A stretch of DNA of 64,000 bases from Schizochytrium sp. TIO01 (Eukaryota; Protista; Bigyra: Labyrinthulomycetes), in contig SMSO01000032.1 in assembly GCA_004764695.1 (NCBI GenBank), forward strand, positions 8,092,483-8,156,482, read 5' to 3'. Shown piece by piece: positions 44,990-56,800 of the stretch. The notes below the pieces were generated by a model. It was not told the origin of the DNA, did no database searches, and worked only from the letters and a program-made list of their open reading frames with translations. The stretch's first letter is position 1. Each line of letters opens with the position of its first letter. Made by a program: the position numbers and the translations under genes.

Positions 44990-46507
44990 TTAGTCTAGAC
45001 GTCTAACTTTGAAACTGGGAAAGGACTTGGGAACTGCAACCGTTCGCTGCTGGATCAAGGGACGCGGTTGAGAAGGCGGATCAAGAATGAGCTCGTATCT
45101 CTTCACGAGTTCACAAAGTATAGTACGCAGTTCCAACTCAGCAGCGCGCTTCCCGAGGCATACACGGGCGCCATTGCCAAAGGGGTCCTTGGATACTACA
45201 GAATCGAGCATGGCTCCCATGGGGCAACCCTTGCGAGCACGGATGTTTTCCCGGAGATACCGCTCAGGCTTGAACTCATCAGCATCAGGAATATGCTTAG
45301 TATCGCGAGGGGCAAAAATCGGAGCTATCTCCATCATGGTACCTGCAGGGACGCGTACACGGGAATAGGGGAGGACCAAGTCATGATCCAAGGTGCGCAT
45401 GCCAGTGCCTGCAGCAGCAGGATAGAATCTATTGGTTTCACGAAAGAACGCATCAAGATATGGCATCTTCACGTCCTTTGTGAAAGGCTTATCCCGACCG
45501 AGGTTCGCCATGACCTCTTCTCGAAGTTTTGTCTGCGCCTCCGGGTGAAAGAGAAGTGCAATAATCATCCACTGCATCAGACCCATGGTGGTTGCAATAC
45601 CAGCAGAGAGCAAGGGGCCCATAAGTTGTACAATTTGATCTCGCGTAAGGCCTTGCTCATCTCGCAGATCCTTAAACCAGCAATTCGGGATAGTCTCCTT
45701 TGAGAAGAGAGCGTCAACCTCATCCTTGGTTACGGCAAGGATTTGATCAAAAGCACCCTTGAATGTCTCATAACCATTCCTAGGATGGAAGAGCTTGGGT
45801 AAGAAATGAAGAACCACAGCCATGTTCAAAGCCTTCTCGTCGAGATTCACAACTTCTTTCATGGGTGAGTTGCAATCCGGGTCAACAGTTACCTTACTTT
45901 TACCTAGAGCCAAAGAAGAGAACATGTCAAATGCGGCATACTGGCACCAACCGCTCATGTTGTCAGTATACAACTCGACATAGTCGACCGCTCTAGCGGC
46001 AGCCTCTTGCACAAGAGGTTCGTATTTAGCTACTGCTTCGCTATAGATACCAGGGGAAAGGAGGGCGCGAGTCTTACGCCAGCGATCTCCAGATTGTGTC
46101 AGGTTGAGCGAGAGGTTGTCTTCATGGTCACCCGACAAATCTGTAAAGTACTTGACCAAAGGCCAAAGTCCCGTTGAACCAGTGACATCCTTACCCTCAT
46201 TTTGGTAAATATGTTTGATGTCATCCTGATTAAAAACAATCAAGGACTTCTTACCTTGTGCTGTACGGACATATGCAACACCTTGGTCACGCCCAATTTC
46301 GTCGTACAGCTCATGTCTCGTTTTAATTGGATCCTTTGTGAGCTTGAGGAGCCACCACCAACCAGGGCCTTTGACATCATCCAGCTCAATCACATTATCA
46401 TCTGGGTTATTCGGTGCGACTGAAGACTTTAAACGTAAGCTTTGGGCAGCGCCAAAGCCACGCCTCAAGTGCGTCAAGTTCCGAGGTTGGCGAGCAAAAG
46501 CAAGCAT
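44990..46507 (-). CDS. cytochrome P450, array copy 3 (mitochondrial-type presequence)
   Basis: ATG 46507 (MLAFARQPRNLTHLRRGF), WRKTR, LSAGIATT, ETNR, FKPERY, PFGNGARVCLG. Confidence 0.96.
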   Translation of the reverse strand: MLAFARQPRNLTHLRRGFGAAQSLRLKSSVAPNNPDDNVIELDDVKGPGWWWLLKLTKDPIKTRHELYDEIGRDQGVAYVRTAQGKKSLIVFNQDDIKHIYQNEGKDVTGSTGLWPLVKYFTDLSGDHEDNLSLNLTQSGDRWRKTRALLSPGIYSEAVAKYEPLVQEAAARAVDYVELYTDNMSGWCQYAAFDMFSSLALGKSKVTVDPDCNSPMKEVVNLDEKALNMAVVLHFLPKLFHPRNGYETFKGAFDQILAVTKDEVDALFSKETIPNCWFKDLRDEQGLTRDQIVQLMGPLLSAGIATTMGLMQWMIIALLFHPEAQTKLREEVMANLGRDKPFTKDVKMPYLDAFFRETNRFYPAAAGTGMRTLDHDLVLPYSRVRVPAGTMMEIAPIFAPRDTKHIPDADEFKPERYLRENIRARKGCPMGAMLDSVVSKDPFGNGARVCLGKRAAELELRTILCELVKRYELILDPPSQPRPLIQQRTVAVPKSFPSFKVRRLD

Positions 46508-48103
46508 GTTGTCAACTTTCTGGTGATACCAGTAAACCAGACAGATCGCACCACCAGGTTGGCCCCACTGCCACCTACAGGTCACAGCCCTTGGCGAGTC
46601 TGCCGTCGGCTTCAAGCAGTTCGAGTTATGTCTATATCTGCATCCATTTTGTCATGCGTGTGTTCAAAATACTCGGCAAAATATTGCGCTAAAGTCGCTC
46701 TCTTAAGAGTACTACAAATCACTTATGCAAATCTACTGAGCCGAATCAAAAGGGCGCAATACGCAATATTTTGTTTGGGTTAATATCATGCCATGCACAC
46801 TTAGAAATACTAATCAATACGTAGTATGCCATAACCGTGAGACATTGAGAAGCAAAAAAATGCGCAATTATCACACAGCATTCTTGTCAGTCAGAGGTCA
46901 CTCCTAATAGATAGTGCCTCTATATGTACATACTGTAGCCAAAGCTAAGCACTCCATTTATTACGCACACAGTTTCAAGATCTGGTCGGCTTAATACAAA
47001 AAGGTAAAGGTAGTCAGTAGTATATATATACATAGGCGTTTATATATCAGGCACTAGCTAATAATAACAGTAGGCCTTGTACGGTATATCCTAGCACAAC
47101 GGAAATTCTATGTTATAGCAGCTGCATTTATCGTGGGGTTACTGCAATTACATTTTCGAATATTATCAAGAAGAACTCAACTACAGCGAATGAAAGATAC
47201 TAGATACCTGCTAGAAAAAGAGTTGTTAAAGGTAGGTACGGTAAGTAGATAAAACCTAGGTGTTGTTTTTTATATCGATAGATATGATAAATCATGCAAT
47301 GCTTTTCATGGCCATCACTATTTGAACTGCTATTGATCTATTTTGCTTAAATGTCTATCTATCTAAGTATAATATTTGGTGATGCCCTTTGACTGGTAGA
47401 ACTGTGCAGAGGCCCCGAAACCTCTTAGCAATTACCATCAAGCTTTGTTGTGCATCAAGTCACCCCCTGTGACAAAGAGTCGCATCGATCTTCATTTCAA
47501 AAACTACATAGAGTCTGGTACTTTTGACGCGAGAAACCCTTAGTCTATATCAATGTCAGTTCTAACGAGATTTTACACGGAGCCACACTGTCGTGATTTT
47601 CGGAAAGCCGACTCAGATCTCTCTTTGTTGAAGTTATATAGCAACACCTATCTTCACAATTAGGTTAGAAAAGATACACCTCACCTTGAGTTTTGGGTCT
47701 ATAGTTTCAAGAGAAAGACTTGGAGGAAACCATGAAAGTCGCTAAACGCCTCAGTGGTGGTTCAGGTAAAAAAAGGGGTTAGTCGGTACTACGTATGTCC
47801 TAGGAACTGACGCAATGCACTCTTCATATGGATGATATGAAAGCCACAATCATAATTGTTACTCCTAACGCTTATTCGAAGTTTCCAACCTAAGAACGTG
47901 ACAAAGATATATGTATGGATATTAAGAGTATTGCATTGCTCATAAAATTCACAATACACAGGTGTTGAAACTGAAAGAGGTCACTTCGATTCCAGATTAA
48001 ACCAAATTATGTGCTTTCATCTTCTTCTTTACTCTTGTCAAGGTTTTCAATATGAAACCATTAACCCTAACCTACAAATATCTTAAATTCCGCTTTGGCT
48101 CCG

Positions 48104-49636
48104 TCACTTGGAAACAGGCACAAGCTTAATCTTTGGAAAAGGGTCGGGGATGAGTGTAGTCATAGTTTTTCTCTTTGGGGTAGACTGATGGGGAGGGTCC
48201 AAGACAAGCTCATAGTCATGAAGGAGCTTGCAGAGAATCGAACGCAATTCTAGATTGGCCGCCCGGCGACCAAGACAGGAGCGGGAACCACTGCCGAAGA
48301 AGTCTTTCGTCACAGCTGAATCAAGTTTCGATCCCATTGGGCAACCCTTGCGGCTTCGGATATTCTCCCGAAGATAACGCTCTGGCTTGAACTCTTGCGC
48401 ATCTGGGATTTGCTTCTGATCGCGTGCCACATGAATTGGGCAGAGATTCATCGGTGTGCCAGCCGGAACGCGAACACGAGATGAGGGCAGGACAACGTCT
48501 TGTTGAAGTGTGCGAATTCCAACCCCAGCAATTGGTGGATAGAAGCGATAGACTTCGCGAAAGAATGCCTCCATGTATGGCATCTTAACAGAGGTAGAAT
48601 ACGTCCCATCCTGAAGGAGGTCGAGGATTTCCTCACGCAATTTTACTTGTACATGTGGGTGTTCTACGGAAGCAATGATCAACCATTGCATCACAGTACG
48701 GGTTGTCGCAATAGCCGCGGAAAGAAGAACAGTGAAAACTCCTGTAATTTGCCGCGGAGTCAAACCCTGCTCATCACGCAGATCTTTAAAATAGCAAACG
48801 GGTACTTCAGTTTTACTAAAGAGATCGTCAACATGTCCCTTGGTAATTTCATGAATCCGATCAAAGCTTGCCGCAACCTTTTCAGGTCCTCTCCATGGGT
48901 GCGTAAACTTAGGAAGGTGTTGTAGTCTCACAGCGATACCCAGAGCAGCATCGTCAAGGTCAACAATTTCTCTCATGTCTGACTGACAATTCGGGTCTAC
49001 AGTTTTAAAGTTGGTACCGAGAGAAAGAGAGCAAAACATATCAAAAGCCGTGCGATCAGTCCAAAGAGCTAGATCATCTTTGTATTGATTCACAAAATTT
49101 ACAGAGGCACGGGCAGCATCTTGTACAAGACCTTCATACTTGGCCACTGCTGAGGAGTTGATTCCAGGGTTTAGGAGCTTTCGCGTTATCATTGCACGTG
49201 GAGTTGAGTGGAAAATATTGAGAGCTAGGTTGTCCGGGTGATCTCCGTCAAGTTCAGTTAGGTATTTCTTGATTGGCCACATCTGTACAGCGGCATGGAA
49301 GTCTTTTCCTTCGTTTTGAAAGACAAACTTTATATCTTCTACGTCAAACACGGTGATAGCATTCTTTCCGCGAGGTGAACGCATACGAGCAACGCCTTGT
49401 TTGCGGCCATACTGCTTGTACATCTTATCATGATTTCCAAACATATCACCTGCCAACATCGGGATCCACCACCATCCTGGGCCATCGATGTCTTTGAGCT
49501 CTTTGATAGGCTGCTCGTCGGAATTGGGGCTCGAAGTCACGGCAGCTGTTGTGGCCTTCGCACGGGCGAATGTGTTGACCGCTTTGCCTCTGGCACTACG
49601 CAAATGCCGAGGCAAAGTATGAGACAAACTGAACAT
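48104..49636 (-). CDS. cytochrome P450, array copy 4 (mitochondrial-type presequence)
   Basis: LSAAIATT, EVYR, FKPERY, FFGSGSRSCLG. Confidence 0.96.
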   Translation of the reverse strand: MFSLSHTLPRHLRSARGKAVNTFARAKATTAAVTSSPNSDEQPIKELKDIDGPGWWWIPMLAGDMFGNHDKMYKQYGRKQGVARMRSPRGKNAITVFDVEDIKFVFQNEGKDFHAAVQMWPIKKYLTELDGDHPDNLALNIFHSTPRAMITRKLLNPGINSSAVAKYEGLVQDAARASVNFVNQYKDDLALWTDRTAFDMFCSLSLGTNFKTVDPNCQSDMREIVDLDDAALGIAVRLQHLPKFTHPWRGPEKVAASFDRIHEITKGHVDDLFSKTEVPVCYFKDLRDEQGLTPRQITGVFTVLLSAAIATTRTVMQWLIIASVEHPHVQVKLREEILDLLQDGTYSTSVKMPYMEAFFREVYRFYPPIAGVGIRTLQQDVVLPSSRVRVPAGTPMNLCPIHVARDQKQIPDAQEFKPERYLRENIRSRKGCPMGSKLDSAVTKDFFGSGSRSCLGRRAANLELRSILCKLLHDYELVLDPPHQSTPKRKTMTTLIPDPFPKIKLVPVSK

Positions 49637-50505
49637 GATGGTGCTTAACTCTGTTTGTCAAGCTTGCTCGGCCTTCTATTTTCAATTTTCTCTCAACGAG
49701 GCATTAGAAGTTTAGTCATCATCTTTGTGAGTCACTCCCACAAGATAGAGGTTATAATACCAGGCATAGTACTACTTAGGGGCTTCTTCTCGTGATATGT
49801 GCTCCGTGGTAAAAGAAGGGATATATTGATGTGCACGGCGGACTCGCGGGAGCAAAGTACCAGAAAGTATTTCGGGTCATTTCATTACCGACTACGACAC
49901 CGACTTGTAGTCTTGAAGACTTCAACCTAACCGTAATTAAAAGCTTGCACAGTTGCCTTCAAGAGCAATACCACAACTTACGCTACTCATATTCTGGTTC
50001 ACACAAATTAAAAAAACTAAATTACAAACAACGATGATCAGATCAGCATTGTCATGGTGACACTATTTGAGTTTCGCTACTACTAAAGGCAGAATAATTA
50101 TCAAATTCTTTTTACTTTTACTTCTTTCTTTTTTTAATTAAATTATATTTATAATTTAAAACATTTCAAAATAAATTGGTGAATTAATTTTTTAATTTAG
50201 AAATAACATAACAAACATATTTTGTATGCTGAGACTGCTCTTTTTCAAGTCCTAAGAGGCTCTCTGAAGCACATTTCTTAATTCGCGAGCCTATACCCGC
50301 ACAAGCTTGCGGAACAATGATCGCAAGCTGTATAGAGACTTAAAGCTCTGCTCTATAAACTTAGATCTTAAACGTGAAATCTCAGAAGTCTCAAGTTTAA
50401 TTGGTATTTTATACTCGTTTCTTTCAACATAAAGAAAATTTAAAAGATGGTGATTATATTTCAGATTATTTTTGCTCTCAAAAGGCTTATCTTTCTGAAT
50501 CTATC

Positions 50506-52038
50506 TCATATTCGAATAGGCACCAATCTCACCTGCGGAAAGGGATCAGGGACCAGAGTAGAGTCAAATCTTTTGTTTGGCAGAGGCTGGCCAGGCGAAT
50601 CAAGCACAAGCTCGTATTCGCTCAAAAGCTTGCACAGAATCGCGCGTACTTCTAAATTCGCAGCTCGACGACCAAGACAAGAGCGGGAACCAGCGCTAAA
50701 AGGTTCTTTCGTCACAGCTGAATCGAGCTTTGCTCCCATCGGACAACCTTTGCGACTTCGAATGTTCTCACGAAAAAAACGCTCTGGTTTAAACTCGTGA
50801 GCATCCGGTATGAACTCGTCATCGCGAGCTTCATAGATTGGACAAAGAGTCATCGGTGTACCCGCTGGGATACGAACACGAGACGATGGCAAAACAATAT
50901 CATGCTCAAGTGTACGAACTCCCAATCCAGGGGTTGTTGGGTAAAGGCGATAGGCTTCGCGGAAGAATGCTTCCATGTATGGCATTTTGATGGAGGTCGA
51001 GTATGTTCCATTCTCAAGAAGATCGACGATCTCCTCGCGCAACTTGGCCTGTGCATCTGGGTGATAGGCGCAAGCCACTAGCATCCATTGAATTAGACCT
51101 CTGGTTGTGGCAACGGCTGCGGAAAGTAGAATAGTAAAAATGCCCGTAATTTGCTTTGGAGTTAGGCCTTGCTCATCACGAAGGTCTTTGAAATAGCACA
51201 AGGGCACCTGATCTTGGCCGAAGAGATTCTCAACATGTTCTTCAGTGATTTTATAAACCCGCTCAAAACTTTCTCTAAACTTTTCATATCCTCTCCACGG
51301 ATGAGTAAACTTGGGAAGGTACTGTAATCGTATAGCCAAACCCAGGGCTGTTGCGTCAAGCTCCGCGATCTCTTTCATATTGGATTGGCAATCGGGGTTC
51401 ACAGTTTCGTAGTTTTTGCCAAGGGAAAGGGAGCTAAACATGTCGAAAGCTGTGCGCTCCGTCCAAAGAGCTATATCATCTTTGTACTGATTCACAAATT
51501 CCACAGCGTTACGAGCAGCATCCTGTACAAGACCTTCATACTTTGCTACTGCAGAGGAGTTGATTCCGGGATTCAGCAATTTGCGTGTGATCATTGCACG
51601 CGGAGTTGAGTGAAACAAGTTGAGAGCTAGGTTGTCCAGGTGATCCCCGTCAAGCTCTATGAAAAATTTCTGGATTGGCCAGAGTTGACTAGAGCCGTGA
51701 AAGTCTTTTCCTTCGTTTTGAAAGACAAACTTTATGTCCTCTAGGTCAAACACAGTAACACCGATCTCTCCAAGGGATGTACGGACTCGAACAACGCCTT
51801 GCTCGCGGCCGTAGTCCCTGTAAATTTTTTCATGACTACTAAATATATCCCCTGCCAACATTGGGAGCCACCACCACCCGGGCCCATCAATGTCTTCAAG
51901 TTCTTTGATAAGCTGATCGTTGGTGTTTGAACTCGATGGCACAGTGGCTGATGTGGCCTTCGCACGGACGAACGTGTTGGTCGCTTGCCCTCTAACATTT
52001 GGCAAATGCCGAAGCAGAGAACGAGACAAGCCAAACAT
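50506..52038 (-). CDS. cytochrome P450, array copy 5 (closest paralog of copy 4)
   Basis: ATG 52038 (MFGLSRSLLRHLPNVRG), LSAAVATT, EAYR, FKPERF, PFSAGSRSCLG. Confidence 0.96.
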   Translation of the reverse strand: MFGLSRSLLRHLPNVRGQATNTFVRAKATSATVPSSSNTNDQLIKELEDIDGPGWWWLPMLAGDIFSSHEKIYRDYGREQGVVRVRTSLGEIGVTVFDLEDIKFVFQNEGKDFHGSSQLWPIQKFFIELDGDHLDNLALNLFHSTPRAMITRKLLNPGINSSAVAKYEGLVQDAARNAVEFVNQYKDDIALWTERTAFDMFSSLSLGKNYETVNPDCQSNMKEIAELDATALGLAIRLQYLPKFTHPWRGYEKFRESFERVYKITEEHVENLFGQDQVPLCYFKDLRDEQGLTPKQITGIFTILLSAAVATTRGLIQWMLVACAYHPDAQAKLREEIVDLLENGTYSTSIKMPYMEAFFREAYRLYPTTPGLGVRTLEHDIVLPSSRVRIPAGTPMTLCPIYEARDDEFIPDAHEFKPERFFRENIRSRKGCPMGAKLDSAVTKEPFSAGSRSCLGRRAANLEVRAILCKLLSEYELVLDSPGQPLPNKRFDSTLVPDPFPQVRLVPIRI

Positions 52039-54859
52039 TATTTGTTTGTTTGTTGGTACCAAGGTAGTTCTCGCCAAGGCTCTTTCACGCTCGCTGGAAA
52101 GGAGTAAATATCTATTAACTCGGGTACACCTCAAGCCAGAACAACCACTTAGGCTCTTTAAGGTTTTGCTGGCAACGAATCGCTGCTTTTGATGTCTGCT
52201 TGAGTTCCTTCATGTGTAATAATATAACACTAACTAGTACAACAACTTTAATCTTCGTCCTCGGAACTTACGACGCCAAATAGAACAAATGGTAGAATCC
52301 CATTGGGTAGATTTATGAGTCCTTACATATTTGTCGAAAGGTAATGTCGAAGTCAGCCGAAAGTTGGCAACCCGTAAGCGAGCTTTACTTCGTGTGTCCC
52401 TTTTGTAGCCTCTTTTATTTAAAAAAGTGCTACCTTCTTTGTTTTATGTTTATCTATTTACCTTTTTTCACTTTAAAAAATAAATTAAATTAAATTAAAC
52501 AATTTTGTATTTGTTCATTTTGAAAGAAATGTCTAGGAAATAAACGCAAAACATTCAATGGTTTCTGCTGACAAGTAATATGCTAGTTTCTTCTCGAACT
52601 CCAAGCTCTCACGTTTTCACCCAACGAGTAAAGAATTGCACAGAGGTTACTTTAATATATTCACGTCAATTTTAGAAGCAAGTTTTAATTCAAGTTTATT
52701 TTTGCCTTGATGCTTAGGTAGATAAGTGCCTAGATAATTACCAGGATTAACTAGACCTACATTGGAAACTTGAGAGAGTATGTAATTTTAATGAAAAATA
52801 TCCATCTTACGATATTAATCATAATGGCTAATTTCTTTAATTAAAATTGTTATTTTCTTTACTTTTGTTTTAAAACATTTTAAAATCATATTTACCGTAT
52901 CTATTATGCTTATTCCTACGCATTTATCATCCAATTCTTTTACATATAGTAGAGGGCCTAGTGCAAATTGGGAGCCTATCTAAACATAAGGAATCGCACT
53001 ATAATATCTTTGATAAAGTTCTTATATGTGTTGCAGTAACCAAGGGTGCTTCTTTCTGTCTGCTAAAGAGTTCTATTCGTCGGCCGCAAGTCCAAAAGAT
53101 GTAGAACTCGTAGGGCCAAAATTGGAGGTAAACAGTGTGTATGCACTACAAGAATAAACCATGAATACTCTGACTCTTCTTTAGACTCTGAGCTTTATGT
53201 GATATGTAGTAGCCATTTGTTTCCAAGCTTGACATTTTGATGCATTATAGACGGTAAGACCGTAGAGAGACAACAAAAGAAGGTGCAGGTCGCATGGTAT
53301 GTCTGCTGTACCTAGCTAGATAGTGTACGCAAAATGCCGTCTTCAAGGTAAGATTGAATCTTATGAATCTACTAGGTGCACTAGCTCTGTATTATAAACT
53401 TAAAAGCATGATTTGGTCAATGGACATATAATCCATGCAACGAACAGAATTAAGTGCAAAACTTCCGTGCATTCGTTGGTTCTACTGAAGATAGGGTATT
53501 CTGCATTTTAGGAATCGTAGCGTATTTGGATGTGGTATATTTAAATCTGTCTCAAATTCACAACTTCTAGATTGTTTAGTATAATAGGAATTGTTTCCTA
53601 ACTTGATTGCTAGATCTACAAAGATGGGTTCTCTATAATTACATGTGGAGTAGCCAGACATTGACTGTCAAGGTGAAAGAAAAAAGTTGTAGAACCCCTG
53701 TTAACGTAGGCATTGAAGGGATAGAGACCTGATAGTCTTGGAGCGAGTTATGCCATATCGAATTTAGTGCTTCAAGGAAAGCCTTGGCAAGCATGCTAAA
53801 CACTTATGAAGGGATGTATGCTTAGCTTATGCAGCTAGGTGATCTACTGCCTTTGGAGACGAACACCAAGGTAAATCGAGTCATATAAAATATAGACTAA
53901 GGCAGACTTGAGATAACTGTAGAGGTTAGGTCGATCAACAAGCCAGATCTTGCCTTTGCACATCCACTTGGTTATGCAGTACACTTTCATCTGTTAACTC
54001 CTCTAGGCTTCAAACCTTTGTGTCTGATAGTTTAGTTCTTCTATACAATTGTTAACACTTCAGAACTTGTGATTGGGTGCCATGAACTCTGATATTCTCT
54101 TGTCCACATGACCTTAAGATTGGTGATCTCAGTGATCACTCTCTGAACATACAGCCACATTGCTATGCACATCGTAATTCACTTAAACTAACTCTTGAAG
54201 GACGTTGGGATGCGGTCCTGTACCCTTGCTGCTCGTACTCCTAACTGAATAGAGTAAAGGTTGTCTACCTGTATGATATTCTCCTTGTCTCCTGCTCCTA
54301 TATATATTGACCATAAAGGATCGGAAGACCCTGAGTCCTGTCTAGCCTTTGAGCTACTTTACGTTGTAAGTCGAAATTGTTTGTTTCATGCACTGCAATT
54401 GCATATAAAGAAAAGAATACCTTGCAGAAAGGTTCAATGGTGAATTGATGAGGCGAAGTTTATGGTAGTACCTAGTGATTGTTCCATCCACAAGAATCTA
54501 TTTAGGTGGACAGAGATAGACTCTTCAAGGATTTTTGGTATTACGCTACTCTTAGTACCTGAGAGTGCTTAGGTAGTAGGTTGTAGGTTGAAGTACCAAC
54601 CGTTAGCACTTCGCATTTTGCTTAACTCATACACTTCGTGCATCGAATTTACAATTGGCTGGAGGTAGTAGGTACTACTAATCGGATAAGTGGGGAGTCT
54701 ATTATGGCTAGATTTGACACTTGCCTTTCTGATTGAATTAGCGACGTTTCCCTTCGTCATCTTGTTGGGTATATGCTTTTAGACGCATCGCACGCCCCCT
54801 TTGAGGAGCTCATCCTGCAAGTTCCTGAGTCTTGATATCTTTTTATCAGTCTCTGGATT

Positions 54860-55092
54860 GTATGATGAGAATGCGCAATTCAGCAACTTTGCAAAGGATA
54901 TTCCTCAACTCGCTCTTTCTTGACCCAGTCCGTGCACACGGCAACATTTCCAAAAACATTGAAAAAATTAGCAAGCCAAACTCCATACCTAGGGGCTTAA
55001 ACTTGTTATAATAGAGCTCTTCACGCGGAGGTAACCGCGCCAACGCCCAGTATGTGCAGCTCTTCTACTAAGTCAGAATCAAGAACTTCGAG
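54860..55092 (-). pseudogene. possible highly decayed 3' remnant of a further P450 copy
   Basis: Fragments in the correct order across frames: VLDSDLV, PRE..NKFKP.RY, VFGNVAVC, ELRNILCKV. Spacing is shorter than in the intact copies. Confidence 0.28.
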
Positions 55093-56800
55093 CACAAGCA
55101 GATCATAACTTAAAAGCAAAGCTCTCATCGGACACCTTCGGCTCCCAGGAGTCAGCTTTTTTTCACACCCCGAAAGGCTAACTGCGACATTCGTGCTGAA
55201 CGATTGTCGCTGTTTGCAACATTGTGAGTATTTGGAGCTTCGGCTGTCGCTTCCACGACCACTATAAAGCAGTATCGATCACGGCAGGCTTAGAAGGAGT
55301 TAACAAAAACATGCAAAAGCGCTGCAAAAAATATACTCAAAGTACTAAATCCCATCCTGGCTTTTGCAACCTGAAAACGCAAACGTTAAGAAACAGAACC
55401 CCACTCAGCTAGCTGGAGGGCCAGCTGGCCGGCTAACTTATAACTCAATTCCTCGGGGGTATCTAGTGGATGATTACGATTCCAGCGTGGATATAAAATT
55501 AAGCACCCAGACTAAAAACCCACCGACGATGTTTTGTGGAGGCGTATGAAAAGCCCACTGCTTATTTATTCATCATTTTAGTTAATCATAAAGGTGCCAA
55601 CTCGAACGATACTGATTGATCTTCGAATTCCGCCTGTTTCTTCATGAGCCTCATGCCTGATAGGCGATAAGTAGCGCAAGAAAGTAAATTGGTGCACTCC
55701 AGCCTCGATGTAGAAACTATAGCAACTGCCCGACTCTCCGCCACCAGCTTCACCGAAAATGCTCTGTGCCGAGATGTCCGCAGGGAAGTAGCCGCAGTTT
55801 CGAGACAGTGCCAAGGCAGCAAGAGTAGAATAATGGAAAAAACAGTTCCAGGCCGAGCTGCCTTTGCTATGAGCGGTAGTAGTCGTGTTAGGGTATTCGT
55901 TCTTGCGACCCCAGATTAAACTTTCTTTCAATTTCGAACATGACTGGTGAAGATCACAAGAGTGCATATCTACGTCCTACCTGCATGGACACCCTGCCCT
56001 GTTGAAGTGCAATGACAAGAGCTTTCACATCAACCTTCAAGCGAATGGGTCCATTCGAAGATTGGAGGTTGGTCTCAAAGTTGATAATGTGATGCGCAAC
56101 GATACTCTACTATCCATTTAATAATTATATTTATAAAACAAAATAAAATAAAAAATAAAAGGAAAAACGGAGCACCATGCCGTGCTGTGCAAATGTAGGT
56201 GAGCTGAGCTAGGCCTAGCCGATGATATTGATGGACAGCAAAATACTGATATTTGGAATGGCAGGGCTTTGAGTAATACATAGACTAAGGGCAAAGGTCG
56301 ACGTATAAAGATACCTTCAAAACATGATACCTACATAGCTATTTGCAGGTTTGAGAACCTTACTAGGAAGATTGTACGCATCAACAAATATAATTTTTGT
56401 AACAGCTTCTAATGCCTAGAGCAACTGGAACACCTATCATCTAGCTATGAACTTGAACCTTTATAGTTGTTTTATTAACCACCTCTGATGCAGTTCAAGG
56501 GTGCACTAAGAATGCATGACTAGGAAATCTATAGCCAAGTCCTTTTAGATTGAAAAATCTGCTTTCCTTCGACGTACTTTCACGAGCAAAAGCAGCTACC
56601 TACCTATAATCAGTACTACCTGATAACAATTAGCCAAGCAAAATTCAGTGCACTTATCAATCTTCAAATTCAATCCGCTTGCAAACCTCAAACGCATTGC
56701 AGCTGCAAAAGTGCTCTGCACAGCTTCTTAAGCGAGGCAAGTTGCTGGTACCTCCACCGATTCAATCAAGGGTCATAGAATTTTATCACGTCTTGAAAAG

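Noticed and set aside
45068-45703. 211-aa ORF antisense to P450 copy 3, and similar antisense ORFs over other genes
   Set aside because: Shadow ORFs of the codon-biased sense genes
46508-46615. N-terminal extensions in the ORF track for P450 copies 3 and 5 and other genes
   Set aside because: They start at TTG/GTG. The first ATG gives leaders that align with the paralogs.
50304-50330. Hairpin AGCTTGCG-N-CGCAAGCT 3' of P450 copy 5, and an imperfect one near 58453-58480 3' of copy 6
   Set aside because: Short, not shared in sequence between paralog 3' regions, and expected by chance
53510-53965. Fragments echoing Ty1/copia reverse transcriptase (YLDVVYLN, an IYMEQP-like stretch, KPDLAFA)
   Set aside because: Spacing is incompatible with copia RT, there is no YVDD, and no LTRs or target-site duplication are visible, so it is likely chance
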